Of a stretch of 64,000 nucleotides of DNA, positions 38,323 through 50,849 are shown piece by piece. The stretch lies in assembly GCF_036321535.1 (NCBI RefSeq), contig NC_087437.1, forward strand, positions 16,246,001-16,310,000. Reading direction: 5' to 3'. This DNA is from Camelus dromedarius. Taxonomy: Eukaryota. Numbering within the stretch: position 1 is the first letter of the stretch; each line of letters begins with the position of its first letter. The position numbers were made by a program, and so were the translations under genes. The notes beneath the pieces were generated by a model, which was not told the DNA's origin, ran no database searches, and saw nothing but the letters and a program-made list of their open reading frames with translations.

Positions 38323-38421
38323 TTTTTTTTTTTTTTTAAATGGAAGTACTGGGCATGGAACCCAGGACCTCATGCATGCTAAGCATGCACTCTACCACTG
38401 AGCTATACCCAACCCCTTCAA
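38323..38421 (-). mobile_element. tRNA-derived camelid-type SINE (short form)
   Basis: Reverse strand ggggttgggtatagctcagtggtagagtgcatgcttagcatgcatgaggtcctgggttcc plus polyA; 15-bp TSD tg(g/a)ttaatttgatct at 38308-38322 and 38422-38436. Confidence 0.9.
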
Positions 38422-39369
38422 TGATTAATTTGATCTATTCAAAAAAATGATGTAAGTGTGCAATTATTTCAAGATAATATTTTTTTAAAGGATATTGGCT
38501 CATTCACAGAATTGACCGGAGGGGTAAGGAGCCAGACTTAGGGCCACCCAGCTATGAGCAATGTTCAAAACGTGTCAGAAATTGATCGCACTGCCAAACA
38601 GACCAGCCAGGTGCCACTGCCGCCCCTACGTCCTTGTGTGGCAACACACACCCGCCAGCACTGAGCTGGACACGGCCATCAGCCCTGCGGCCGCCAGAGC
38701 AGCTTCTTGGAGGTCGGCACTTCCCTACCACCTATGTGCGTCGAAGCTGGGTGGGTGTCGGGGAGCGGGGAAGCCTGGGTCCCCACCTGGCTGCAGGGGA
38801 GGCTGATGTGATGCTATTTTCAGCTTCCCCCACCTGGGCTTAGAAGGTGGGGAACTTTTCAGCAGAAGTAAGAGCGTTCTGCTTACACAGTGGCCAAAAA
38901 GAACAAAAAGGCCCATCGTGTACCAGAAAACATCCACGCCATTTGTCCTCGCCCGGGCTGTCTCTGTTGCTCGGTTATCAGTATTTTTGTTCTTTTCCTG
39001 TCACTTTCAGCTCTGTAGATCTTTCTGATTTTTTTCAAGTGTTTAGAAACCCTTCTAATTTCCCACCATTGACCTCTCAGTCATCTCCTCACTTCCTTCT
39101 TTACAGAGATGAGAGGCTCCCATGGTAAGAGTTCTGACTGGTCCTGTGGGCCTGAGGTCAGGACAATGCAGGTGCAAATCTTGACTCCATTACTTACTGG
39201 CTGGGGTCCTGGGCAAGCTACTTTCTCTGAGTCTCAGCTTCCTTGCCTGTGGAGTGAGACTAGTGATATGGACCTTGCAGGGCGTTGTCTGGAAATAAGG
39301 CAGTATGTGTGGAGCGCAGGGGTAATGCTGACACACAGAAGGTACCTTGTTTTCCTTCCCTTCCCTTGG

Positions 39370-39700
39370 CCCACTATAAAGGACACTGGTGTGTGGCCCA
39401 AACTGGGACTGAAGGACTCTGTTCTCCTGCTGATGGAGCTGCCATCGGGACGGCCACCCTCACGGGGAGCTCTCCCCGACAGAAGTGAGTTGCCTCACCT
39501 GGAGTCCCACCCCTTCCTGGGGTAGCCTGCACCCAGGGACTGGCAGTGCAAAGGCACGAAGGCCCGGCTCCCTTGCCCCAACTGCAGACAATTCTGAAGG
39601 GTCATCCCAGCTCCAGAGCTCCCCAGGGAGTTGGCTGAGGTCCTTGTTGTGACTGCATCACAGTCCAACTCCTCACTCAGTCCAGTCCTGACCCCTTCCC
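39370..39700 (+). pseudogene. Cadherin EC remnant
   Basis: SPADGAAIGTATLTGS / PDRSE / LHPGTG / EVLVVTASQ. Confidence 0.45.
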
Positions 39701-40109
39701 TTTTCCCTGTCTGTCCTGATCCTGAGAGCCCATCCTCATCAACTCCCTGCCTGCCAGTCCATGTCTGAGAGTCAGCTTTCTGGTCACCCTGACCCATGCT
39801 AACCCTCTTCTTGGTCTTGCCTTCGAGTCTAGCCTGTTCAGTTACATACCCCCTGGGACCTGATCTCATCAGTCTGGTCCAATCTCCCACCATCTCTCCC
39901 ACATATTGGATGTTACCTTCGGTTACAGTTGAGTGTTAATAGTGCCCTTCCATCCCCCACCCCTAGCTTTATTGATGAGATTTCTCTAACCTTTGAGGCT
40001 CATTTCAGGTGGTGCCTCTTCTAGAGAGCCTTCCTTGATTGTCCCTTGGAAGTATCCACTCCCTCCTTCAGGCTCTTTCACTCTTTGCCTCCCTCTCCCA
40101 TCTGGCACC

Positions 40110-40570
40110 GTGCTTGAGTGGACGGACCAGTCAACTTCGGGCTCACCCTCAGATCCATCCTTGCTCACTGCACACCTTGTCTGGTGTCTTGCAGGCCCAG
40201 CACTGCAAACTGTATCTCCCAGGTGAATGTGCCCATTGGCTTCTAGTTGGCTCTGCCATTGGGACGCATGGGTGAGAAGGTGGAGGACAGGAAAAGGGGA
40301 GAATCCAGGGAACATCTTTCCTTTCTCTCTGCTTTGGGGAGAGGCACCATTGGCCAGATGGCCTCAGCTCCCACAAGGCAGCCCCAGCTCCTGGGCTTCA
40401 GTCACTCCATCCCTTCCCTTGGCTTCCCCAGCCTAGGGGCGGCAATGGTTTCTCTTGTTAACCTCTGGGTTGCCTCACCATCCCATTTTCATTTTTTCCA
40501 GCCCCGCTATAACTATTTTCCCATAGCAAACTCCCTCAGTTGAACTCTGCTCTGGATCCTGTTTTCTTGG
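40110..40570. mobile_element. LTR33-like ERVL LTR
   Basis: ccctcagatcc...tgcaaactgtatctcccag...ggcttctagttggctctgccattggga...cccagcctaggggcggcaatggtttc. Confidence 0.65.
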
Positions 40571-40749
40571 GTGATACAGATGGTATTTCTGGATTGTCTT
40601 CCCTTCTCTCAGAAGACTGGGAAGACTTCCTGAGCAGAGACTGAGTCACGGCCCTGGGGTGGGGGTGGGGGTGGGGTCAGCAAAACCGGAAGTGGCTCTT
40701 CTTATTGGAACAAGCCAATTGACAAACGCAAGGATCAGATGTGCAATTC

Positions 40750-41310
40750 TCTAAAACAAAGAATCCCACAATTAACCAATGTTGTCACACCTTCTCACTC
40801 TCCCGTATCAGTTAGAAGAATCCAGGAATCCTTTGCCATTTAGTAGAGAATCTGCTTTCCCCAGCTTACTAACCTCCTCAGTGACTAAAAGTCTACTCTC
40901 TGCACTGTCTCCTGACACGAGGCTTAAAAACTTTTAATGTTGAAACAAAATGTGTTTTAGCTGGCTGATGTCTCTAGGAATTATCTCCAGATCTTGCTTG
41001 TGGTTTTGAAGATAAACACTAACAGTAAATCTGTTTGTAAACATTTTGAACAGCTGCTAAGTCTTTAATTATTTTTTGCATTAAAAATTGACAACAATCG
41101 ATAGTCCCCACTGATGAGCGACAAACACCGTGTGTGTGCCTGGGTATATCTCCTTTTTAACAGCAATCATTGCTCCGTGATGACTGGGGAAATTGCTCTG
41201 AGGTTTAAAAGCGTATTTGCAGCTATACCCAGGGGATGGTGGATAGGAATGCCTACGGTGTCATCCACCTTATTTAAAATTTGCAATAGGAAACACAATT
41301 CCATCTAGCT
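40750..41310 (+). pseudogene. Cadherin remnant covering about two EC repeats
   Basis: TFSLS..*KNPG...PQ*LKVYSL / LKTFNVET / ILLVVLKINTNSKSVCKHFEQLLSL*LFFALKIDNN...SDKH...VMTGEIAL / YLQLYPGDGG / GMPTVSST. Confidence 0.7.
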
Positions 41311-41800
41311 CATTTCTAAAGACCAATGGGAAATAGATGGGACAGCAGAATCAGGAAATGCAAATCCAATGCTAAACTCCATCCCAAACCCATCCGCCTG
41401 AGTTTTACTTCCTTTTTTTCTTTCCCCAAGGCCAGTGGTGCTGACTCAGTAGTTCATTAAACACAAATGTGTGGGTTCAGCCCTGACCAGCCATTAATCA
41501 GTGTATGGCCAGGAAGGCAGCATCCTGGGATTAGCAAACTACTGCAAGGTGCCAGGTGCAGGCGGGGAGAAATTAAACCAGGCTTTCAGAGGTAGACGGG
41601 GGCACGGGCAACTTCCTGGGCTGAAAGGTCCTTGTTGATTGAAAAGAAATGTAAATGCCAAAACGGAGTAGTAAATATGTGGTATATTTTAAAGGCTTAC
41701 ATTTAACAAGTTGACTCCTTTAACTGTGGCAGAAAAAAAAAAAAACCAAAAAAAAGACCACAAAATGAAAAACAACAACAACAACAACAAAAAAACCAAA

Positions 41801-41938
41801 CGGGGATGGTATATCTCAAGGGCTAGAGTGCATGCTTAGCATACACAAGGTCCTGGGTTGAATGCATGGTACTTCCTCTAAAAATAAATAAATAGACCTG
41901 AGTACCCCCTCCCACTAAATAAATAAATAAATAAATAA
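41801..41938 (+). mobile_element. tRNA-derived camelid-type SINE
   Basis: ggggatggtatatctcaagggctagagtgcatgcttagcat.cac.aggtcctgggtt with an (aaat)n tail. Confidence 0.85.
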
Positions 41939-42659
41939 GACCTACATTTTTTAAAAAGATGGAAAAAAGAGAGAGCAACAATTGCCCACTTAGCCTCACT
42001 TGGAAATAACACTGAAAGTCTACATTTGAGGCCGTTTGCAAATGTGAGCCTGAAAGAAGTCCTCCTGCCCCTCTTTCCACACCACAAAGGCATCAGTGCA
42101 GGCAGCCTGGGTTCAACACTCCAGCCGCCCCTCACCCAGTTTACACAGTGGTCCCATGGGGGAACCTCACTAGGAGAGGGGCCGGCCTCCAGCTCCTCAC
42201 CCTGAATTTTCACTTTCCACTGGGAAACCCAGTGCTGTTCCGCCCAGAAGGCAGGTGCTGTCCCCTCAGAAGCTGCCTGTGTCCTTGGACAAGGGCAGCC
42301 TCCTGGCACCAGAATGGAACTCCTCCTGGGGCCCTCGGAGAATGCAGGATGTGTGCTCAGTTCCCAGGAAGAATCAGTGCGGGAGGGAAGGCTCAGAGAT
42401 GATTCCTCCTGGGCAGTCTCTCAAGGCAGCAACTGCCCTCTTTTATCCCTTCCCACCTCTTTAATCTTGCTTGCAGGAACCACGTGATTTGTACCTCCAG
42501 CCCCACCTGGGGAGGTGTGCACCGTGCCCCTGGGGGCACACGCGCTCTCTCTCAAGTGTAGGAGAGGTCCCAGCATCCCACCTTCATTAAGGGGATTGGA
42601 GAGCCCTACCCTGCCAGTCCCCTGCCCCTAACATCACAAGGGGGAGGCGGAGCACCTCG

Positions 42660-42880
42660 AGCATGGAAGTCAGAGGAACCTCCAGCAACAGTAACCTAGC
42701 AACAGTGTCTCAGGATTTGAATGTAATTATACCCCGAGCGTGATAAATACTCCGAAGGGCTCCTTATGTGCAGATCATACTAAACAAGTCTTTGAAATTA
42801 CCCTCATCAAATATTGATAGAAGGAAAGTTTTTTGAAAAGGAAAAAAACCCTGAAGTGCCTGGATGATCTTTCCCACTGC
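42660..42880 (+). pseudogene. Cadherin EC remnant
   Basis: One frame from 42663: MEVRGTSSNSNLATVSQDLN...QIILNKSLKLPSSN. Confidence 0.4.
42691..42703. promoter_or_regulatory. RFX X-box consensus match
   Basis: GTAACCTAGCAAC fits GTNRCC-N-RGYAAC; a GC box (ggggaggcggag) lies about 45 bp upstream. Confidence 0.4.
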
Positions 42881-43089
42881 GTGGCCGGGGTGGTGGGAGC
42901 ACACCCACCAGGGCGGCTCAGAAAGCCTCAAAGCCCCTTTTGAGGGGGCTGTGGCAAGTCTGGGACAGAAGACTGAGCCAGGTACAGCAGTGTTCTTCCA
43001 CCTAGATGTGGTGTCCCTGTGCTGAGGGCCACGGTCTGGTTTTGAGGTCCAGGGGACTGAGGCTGGAGTCTTGGCTCTTCTTTCAAAAC

Positions 43090-44640
43090 TGAGCTTTTCT
43101 CATTTCGAGTGAGTGTGTGGACCAAGAGAGGGGAGCTGCAAGAGTGGACGTCAGCCCAGGCACGCGAAGGGGGTGGTGCCTGGAAAGAGACGTCCAGGCG
43201 GGTTCCGTGTCATCTGCATCCTCAGCTCCACGTTGACCTTGACTGACCCAAGAGGTTGGGTACGTAGACAGTGTGCAAGCTGATGCTGAAGCTCTGGGTG
43301 GTCCCCAGTGTGAAGGGCCTCGTAAGCCTCTGTGAGGAGCCTGGGCTTTATACCAAGTGGAAATGGAAGTCAGTGCAGGTGTAGGGGGTGTGAGGTGTGA
43401 GCGAGGGGCTGGGATGGCTCGGTCAGATGTGCACAGCTGGAACAGTTCTCTAGCTGCACGGTGAGCAGGGCCAGAGGGCAAGGCTGGTCCAGATGCTGTC
43501 CGCACTCATCCCTGTTGGAGAAGGTGGGGACTTAGAACAATGGTCAGGAGAAGACGCTTGGCATAGGGCTGACCTTGAGGTGTTTTCATTCAGGTGCTTT
43601 GCCAAGACCCCTCGGACAGAGCCCAGAGCTTCTACCCTGAATCCAGTGTGCTGCATCCCGTTGGTCCCCGGGGATCAGAGCAGGACTGACAAAAACGAGT
43701 CTGGAGTGAGAAATTCTACAAGAGGAAGAGAGACACGGAGGTCTCTCCTGACCTTGGGGTATCAGGGTGCACATCTGGACACACTGCTCAGCTCTGTGCA
43801 GCCAGAGACCAGGATCTGAGAGCAGGACCGAGAGAGGAATGTCCTCCATAGACACTCAGCCTCCTTGTATTCTTTAGGAGGCCCTGCTCAGCTGGACCAC
43901 TAACCTACCACGTGACTCGTGACTGTCTGTTCCCCCTGGGCCAAGTGTGCAATGAGGGCTCCTCTTAGCCTGGCCTTTCAGGGACCCTGAGCGTCTGTGA
44001 CCATGTGGTCAGCCAGGGCCGGGGACACACAGCAAGCCCCAGCGCCTCCAGGCCCGCTCCCACTTCCTCCATCCCCGAAAGCCCTTAGCACTGGGGATGG
44101 CCCCCTCCTCTGATGTCTCTCTCTGAGCCTGCCGTGCATCTGTCTCCTGCCGGTTAGAGGAAATCTTCCTCTGTTAGATGCAAGATCTTTAAAGGGCCTC
44201 AGATCTCGTCCTCGAGCTCTCTTTTCTGGGCTCCCTTGACAGCCCTGCCGGTGTCTCCCAGCAAGCCGGGGTGAGGAGGTGGGGCTGCGGGGGGATGAAA
44301 GGCCCCCCTTTCCTGCTGTGGGATTCAAGGCTGGATCAGGGCCCAATTACACCGCCTCATTCATCCAGTTCAGTGTTCTTCCCAAACAATGAGGTGTCTG
44401 ACAGCTCTGCTCTGGGTAATAATGACTGGGTAGACCCCGCTTTAAGGAAACTCCTTTTACAGGAATGCCCTTGAACAAACGAGCTCAAAGAAGGCGAGGC
44501 TGTTTGATTTTCATAAGACTCTGCCCAGAGATCCCTGGAAACCCCAGTAGCCCCAGGGCACCACCCAGTCCATTTGCAGGGCACTGCAACGTGGGCGGAA
44601 GGAGTGAAGAGGAAAATATAAATACCAAATTGAGGGCCAT
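43090..44640 (+). pseudogene. Cluster of cadherin EC remnants
   Basis: VDQERG..CLERD / TLTDPRG / GPQCEGP (43110-43325); LSALIPVG..GEDA..ADL..SF..TLNP (43493-43650); tag|GGP..LVTVCSPW (43877-43940); VFFPNNEVSDSSALG (about 44373-44417); GHCNV..EEEN (about 44580-44620). Confidence 0.5.
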
Positions 44641-45004
44641 TTCTTTTAAAATCAGGGGGAATAAAACGGAATAGGAGGGAGAGACATCAGCATCAGAGCA
44701 AAATTTTCCTGGAGTCGCCGGTCAGCAGGAGGACTGGAGAAAGCATTTGACCCATCTTTTGGACTCAGTCTTCCGACCTCAGAAACAAGCAATGGGTCAG
44801 ACACTGTCTCCATATATACACATGGAGAGAGAGGAGAGAGAGAAAAATATATAAATACATATATAGAGAGAAATATACATGTGTGTGTGTGCATGTTTCC
44901 TGGTACAAGAAGGGAATTACCATATATATATTTATTTACTATATGTTGCCAGATTGTTCTTGCCAACAGCTTGCGATAGTTCCCATTGCTTCACATCTTC
45001 ATGA

Positions 45005-45476
45005 TGTTGGTGGGTTGAATGATGGTCTCCAAAAAGATACATGCACATCCTAATTCCTGGAACTTGTGAATGTCACTTTATTTGGGAGAAGTGTGCAAAT
45101 AAGTTAAAGACTTTGAGAGGAGATCATCTTGGATAATCCGGGTGAGTCCTAAATCCCTTGTTAAGAGTGAGGCAGGGGGAAGTCAGACAGAAGACGAGAC
45201 GCAGACACACAGAGAGGAAGGTGACATGAAGGCAGAGGCAGAGATTGGAGCGACAGAGCTCCAAGCCCAGGGACACCAAGGATTGCTGGCAGCCCCCGGA
45301 AACTAAAAGAGAGGCCTAGAGTGGACCTGCCCCCAGGGTCCCCAGAGGGAGCCTGGCTCTGCTGACACCTTGATTTTGGACTTCTGGCTTCCAGAACTGT
45401 GAGAAAATAAATTTCTTTACTTCTAAGCTACAAAGTTTGAGATAATTTGTTATGACAGCCATAAGAAACTAATACA
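45005..45476 (+). mobile_element. MLT1B/C LTR
   Basis: tgttggtgggttgaatgatggtctccaaaaagata...gctgacaccttgattttggacttctggc.tccagaactgtgag...gaaactaataca. Confidence 0.9.
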
Positions 45477-46819
45477 GTAGATAAATATGAAAGATTCTTT
45501 CTTTCCTTATTTAAAAGATTCTCTTTAGCAGATAAGTGATTTAAAGCAAAAGTAATATCAATGAATTGAAGGGTTTATAATACATGCAGAAGTAAAATGT
45601 ATAACCATAGCACAAAGAACAGGAGTGGGGAGTGGAGAATTACGGTTGTTCGGTTATTACACTCTACTTGAAGTCCTGTAATGCTCCTTGAAGAGACACT
45701 GTGATAAGTTAAAGATGGATACTATATACCCGAAAGCATCCACTTGAGGAAAAAAAAAAGAGCTGAAAAGAAAAAGAAAGCTATGAAGCCAACCAATAAT
45801 ATGGAGCAATACAAACTACTTAGCATCCATAATCTATCATTATTATAATAAAACACAAAATTATGCAATATTGCCAGCTAACCTCCTAAAATAGTTTTTT
45901 AGAGTTGACTTTGTTTAACTCTGCCGTATTGCTTTCCACGGTGATGGGTTTATCACATTTACGAGCAGAGCTTACTACTCTCTGAGTTCCCCATTGTTTC
46001 TCCTACCCCACGCCTTCCTTCTTGGCTGACTTTCCTTCTGTATCTCAAGTGTCCCTCTTACGATTTTTGTTTGTTTATTTGCCTACTTTTTATGAGGAGA
46101 GAAATGTAGTTGGCAAACTGTCTTCATTTTTTGATGTCTCCAGACGTCTTCATTTTGCCTTTTGAGTGAAAGTCTGCCGAGGTATGCAAAAAAAGTGAGG
46201 CACTTCAGGACTGTAAGTATATAATTTTATTCCAGCCTCTCTTTTTGCTGAGAAATTTGCTGTCAGCCTGATTGTTGCTTACCTCTTGCCCTATCTCCTC
46301 TCTCTGTTGCCTTCTGAGATTGTTTTCTGCTCTTCAAGTAACACAGTTTCCCGTGATGTGTCCCAGAGTGGACTCTATTTATTTTTAAGCACTCTAAAGG
46401 TAGGTGAGCTCTCATGACCCATGCCTTTCTTTGATTCTAAAGACGTCTTAGCTCTTTTCAATGCTTGTGTCTCTGCTATGATTTCTATTTTCTCTTGAAA
46501 TCCTTGTGAAATATTTATTGGATAATATTAAAGTATCTTCCACGTCTTTGAACTATGCCTTTCTTATTTTTACATCTCCTCCCCCTCTGTTCTGGATTTG
46601 AATACACTCCTCAGTGCCGTTTCCAATACATTCCATTCCTCTTCAGACACATCCAGTTTAGAATTTATCTCATCCGTTAAGTTTTCATGTCAGTGACTGT
46701 AGTTTTTATTTTTATTGCTTGACTTTTACTGTGTGCATCTGTTTTTGTTTCACTTTACTGGCCTTGTTTCATAATTTCTTATTCCTAGTGTAATTATTTT
46801 TTAAATTATCTCAGATTTT

Positions 46820-48580
46820 TTCTTCTTTGAAGTATGGTTGACAAACAATATTAGTTTCAGGTGTACAGTGTAGTGATTTTATATTTGTAGACATTCTGAA
46901 TTGATTGCCACAGTAAGTCTAGCAACCATCTGTCACCATACAAAGTTATTGCAATATTATTGACTACATTTCCTATGCTGTACATTACATACTCATTACT
47001 TTTATTTTATACTTGGAAGTTTGTATTAATTCCTTTCACCTATTTTGTCCAACTCCGCACTTCCTCCCCCCTTGCAACCGCCAGTTTGTTCTCTGTATCT
47101 ACGAGTCTGTTGTTTGGTTAGTTGTTTTGATTTTTTAGATCCTGCATGTAAGTGAAATCATACGGTATCTGTCTTTCACTGTATGACCTATTTCACTTAG
47201 CATAATACCCTTCAAGTCCATCCATTTTTTTTTCACAAATGACAAGGTTTCTTTCTTTTTCATGGCAGAGTAATATTGCATTGTGTATGTATATACCATG
47301 TCTTCTTTATCCATTTACCTATTGATGGGCACATCCAAATCTAGGCTACTCCAAATACTGCTGCAATAAACTAGGGATGCATTTACCTTTTAAGCGATTG
47401 TTTTTGTGTTCTTCAGATAAATGCCCAGAAGTGGGATTGCTGGATCATAAGGTAGTTCTATTTTTAATTTTTCGAGGAAACTCCGTACTATTTTCTATAA
47501 CGGCTCCACCAATTTACAGTCCCACCAGCAGAGCATGAGGGTTCCCTTTTCTCCATATCCATCATCAAAACTTGCTTTTTGTTCTCTTTTTGATAATGGT
47601 CATTCTGATAGGCATGAGGTGATCTCTTGTTGTGATTTTGGTTTACATTTACATGATGATTTGTGATGTGGAGCATCTTTTCATGTGCTTGTTGACCATC
47701 TGCATGTCTTCCTTGGAAAAATGTCTATTCAGGTCCTCTGTCCCTTTCTTAAATTGTATTGTTTGCTTTTTGATATTAAATTATGTGAGTTCTTTATATA
47801 TACTTTTGGATATTAATCCCTTATGGGATACATTATTTGTAAATATCTTCTCCCATTTGGCAATTTGCCTTTTCATTTTGTCGATGGTTTCCTTTACTGT
47901 GCAAAAGCTTTTTTTAGTTAGATGTCATCCCACTTGTTCATATTTGCTATTGTCTCCCTTGCCTTTGCAGTCAGATTCACAAAAACTTCTCTAAGACCAA
48001 TGTCAGTGAGGTTACTGCCTATGTTTCCTTCTAGGAATTTTATGGTTTCAGGTCTTACATTCAAGTTTTTGGTTTATTTTGAGTTAATTTTTGTGTATGG
48101 CATAAAATAGTGGGGCTAGTTTCATTCTTTTGCATGTGGCTGTGTAGTTTTCCCAACACCATTTCCTGAAAAGACTGTCCTCTCTCTGTTGTATGTTCTT
48201 GGCTCCTTTACCATAAGTTAATTGTCCTCATATGTGTGGATTTATTTCCAGGCTCTCAATTCTATTCCATTGATCTGTGTGTGTGTGTGTGTGTGTGTGT
48301 GTGCACGCGCACGTGCACGTGCACATGCACGCACGCCCTGGTGCTCTACGGTTTTCATTAGTATAGGTTGATAGTATAGTTTGAAATAACAGAGTGTGAC
48401 ACCTTCAACTTTATTTTCTTTCTTAAGATTGCTTTAACTATTTGGGGTCTTTTGTGGTTCTATACAAATTTTAGAATTATCTGTTCCAGTTCTGTGAAAC
48501 ATGCCATTGGCATTTTGATAGGGATTTTATTAACTCTATAGATTGCTTTGGGTAGTATGCACATTTTAACAATATTAATT
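46820..48580 (-). mobile_element. L1 3' portion (ORF2 C-terminus and 3' UTR), with a (TG)n at about 48277-48303
   Basis: Antisense L1 landmarks: ggattgctggatcata.ggtagttctattttt, gagcatcttttcatgtgctt, attgctttgggtagtatg.acattttaacaatatt. Confidence 0.92.
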
Positions 48581-48689
48581 CCCCAGCGGTGACCCAGAGG
48601 TTAGCAAGCACATGCCTGGAGTGCTTCTCATTTCACTGCCTTTCTGCTTTATTCAAGATCCATGGAGATGGTAATCTCATGTTTGCGCC

Positions 48690-49360
48690 TGTTGGTGTTC
48701 TTTTTATCTAGTCATAGTCGATCTATTGTTGCTATTCATTTCAGTATTGAGGATATCAATCAAAATGTGAAGGTGGTGATAGTCCTGATGGAAGACCCAG
48801 ATGCGGCTCCTAATCCACTAGCATATAGCTTATCATCTGGCCTTTTGAAAATTAGGAATAATTGTGAGATCCGCAACATTACATCACTTGGCTCCAAAAA
48901 TCTGGAGCCACCAGATTTAGAAACACTGGCATAAGAGATGCAATTTGAGAAGTTTAGAATGGCCCTTCCCAAAATATCTTCAGCATGGCCCGGCAAAAAT
49001 GTATCAATTTTAGTGTCAATCAAACACGCACTTAAACTGCTGACTGTGGGGAATGTGGACAGACCTTACTTGAGACCCTGAAACTATGAACACATTAGCA
49101 CCTAACAGGAGAGTTTCCTTTGCCACACTGACTTCTAATACTGGGCAAATAGCAGTGTCCCATGGAATGAGACCTATGACAAGATGGCTGAATCAGGGAA
49201 GCATAAGGGCAGAATCCATGAAGAGCCAGTGACAGATTTGTTGTGACAGACCACAACCCATCCGGGTCCTCCAGAAAGGGGGGACAACCAAAGGTCAGGG
49301 TCATGGTGTGGGTTCTGGGCGTGTCAGGGTGTCAGGGATGTGGTCAGTTTGTATTTTAGT
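48690..49360 (+). pseudogene. Cadherin remnant covering about two EC repeats
   Basis: SIVAIHFSIEDINQN..IVLMEDPDAAPNPLAYSLSSGLLKIRNNCEIR...PPDLET; SAWPGKNV; LRP*NYEHIST*Q / VVTDHNP..VRVMVWVLGVS. Confidence 0.7.
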
Positions 49361-49896
49361 GCACTTGCTTTTCCACTAAGTACCTGAAGAGTCACAGTAT
49401 TTATCCATCACTGACATCAAACAACAATGTTCTGCTTCATCTTTTCCAAGAGATTAAGTTAAAGGGAGCCTTTTTTTTTTTTTTTTTTTAAGTTTAAATT
49501 CTTCTCCCACAACGTTTCCTTAAAGCTTTGGGCATGCTATCCCTTCCAAAGCTACCACCACTAGAAGTTAAGGTAGGTAGTTTTCATGCAAAGTCAATAG
49601 CTTTGTACACCCTCATCTTCACATTAAATTTGATAATTGAACTTACGTTCATTACTTCTGTTTTACCCAAATATGATTTCTAAAAATGTCAATTTTGGGG
49701 ACGGGGGTAAAGGCAAGATCCACTTTAATACAGCCTAGTTCTAAATTTCCTAATTTTTTTTTTTTTACTTGAATGTTCATTCCATTGGTTGTTCACTGGA
49801 ATTACCTAGAAAAGGAGATTTTATCTTTTTTAAAAATAGAGGAGGTACTGAATTAAGCAAAGTTAAACTGATTTTATTTTTTTACGTTTGCTTTAG

Positions 49897-50270
49897 GAAT
49901 TATCCAATCCTTCAACACTCTCATGTGTGATTCATTAGGATGGAGATCGGGTGTTTGACTTTTCTTGGCACACCTGATCGTGGAAACTTTCTTTGCAGAG
50001 CACCTTCAGGACCTTCTGTTCTGAAGACACTTCTGTGGGAAATGCCAATAAAGGAATCAAACTTTGCATGCTCTTGTTAAGGAGAACAATATTTCTAGGT
50101 GTTATGCAGAGGGTAAAGTACTTATTTACAGGTGCTCCTCAATTCTGAGAACCAATCATTACCATTTCACTGGGTCTGGTGTCAGCATTACGGAGCTTCG
50201 ACTGCAGCAGAGTGCCTGTTGGGGTTCCACGAAGGGAGACTGCAGTGGAAAACTGCAGTCTGAATTATAA
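49897..50270 (+). pseudogene. Cadherin EC remnant
   Basis: FRTFCSEDTSVGN (50005-50043) / ENNISRCYAEG..NHYHFTG / LRSFDC. Confidence 0.6.
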
Positions 50271-50359
50271 AAAGACAGACAAGCTTGAGAAGGAGGCCTG
50301 GGTTCAGAGTGGAAATGAGAGAACTTGTGCCTCATTGGATGTGAGCAGTGATGGAGAGG

Positions 50360-50760
50360 GTTACCAAGAATTTGATCATTTATTCATGCAAGAAATATTT
50401 ATTGAGCACTTGCCATGTGTTGTTCTAGGTACTGCAGATACAGTGATGAACAAGAGATAAAATCTCTACCTCTTGGAATTTATATCTTTCCTATGCTTTA
50501 GGGTGACTGGGTGGGGTGCTGTGCATGAAGAGAGGGACCACATTGCCAGGCAGGGCAGGGAGCCTGACACTCTGGAGGGTGCCCGGGCCCCTGGTGTCTA
50601 GGTGGAGATGCTGGTGGGGGAAGCGCAAAATGTAACCTGGAGCTGAGCTCAAACAGAGAGAGGGGCTAGATGTAGAATTCACATGTGTAGTTGGAAACTG
50701 AAGCCCTGAGAACATTTACAGGACCCATGAGAGAGTCAGTGGAGTGACAACGGAAGAGTT
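50360..50760 (-). mobile_element. L2 3' end
   Basis: catttattcatgcaagaaatatttattgagcacttgccatgtg..gttctaggtactgcagatacagtgatgaacaaga. Confidence 0.7.
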
Positions 50761-50849
50761 AAAGAGCCCTTGTTTTTGTTTGTTTGTTTGTTTTCCCCTT
50801 TGACAGTCAAGGGTTTTTGTTTCATTTTGGTTTTTTTTTTTTTTTTGCT

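Noticed and set aside
48662..49050. Resemblance to bornavirus matrix protein (SIVAIHFSIED..EDP versus remembered SLVNIYFQIDD..KDP), suggesting an endogenous bornavirus-like element next to an L1
   Set aside because: The same residues fit cadherin DIN(D/Q)N, DPD, YSL and EIR motifs better, and they sit among many other + strand cadherin remnants. A tBLASTn against Bornaviridae M would settle it.
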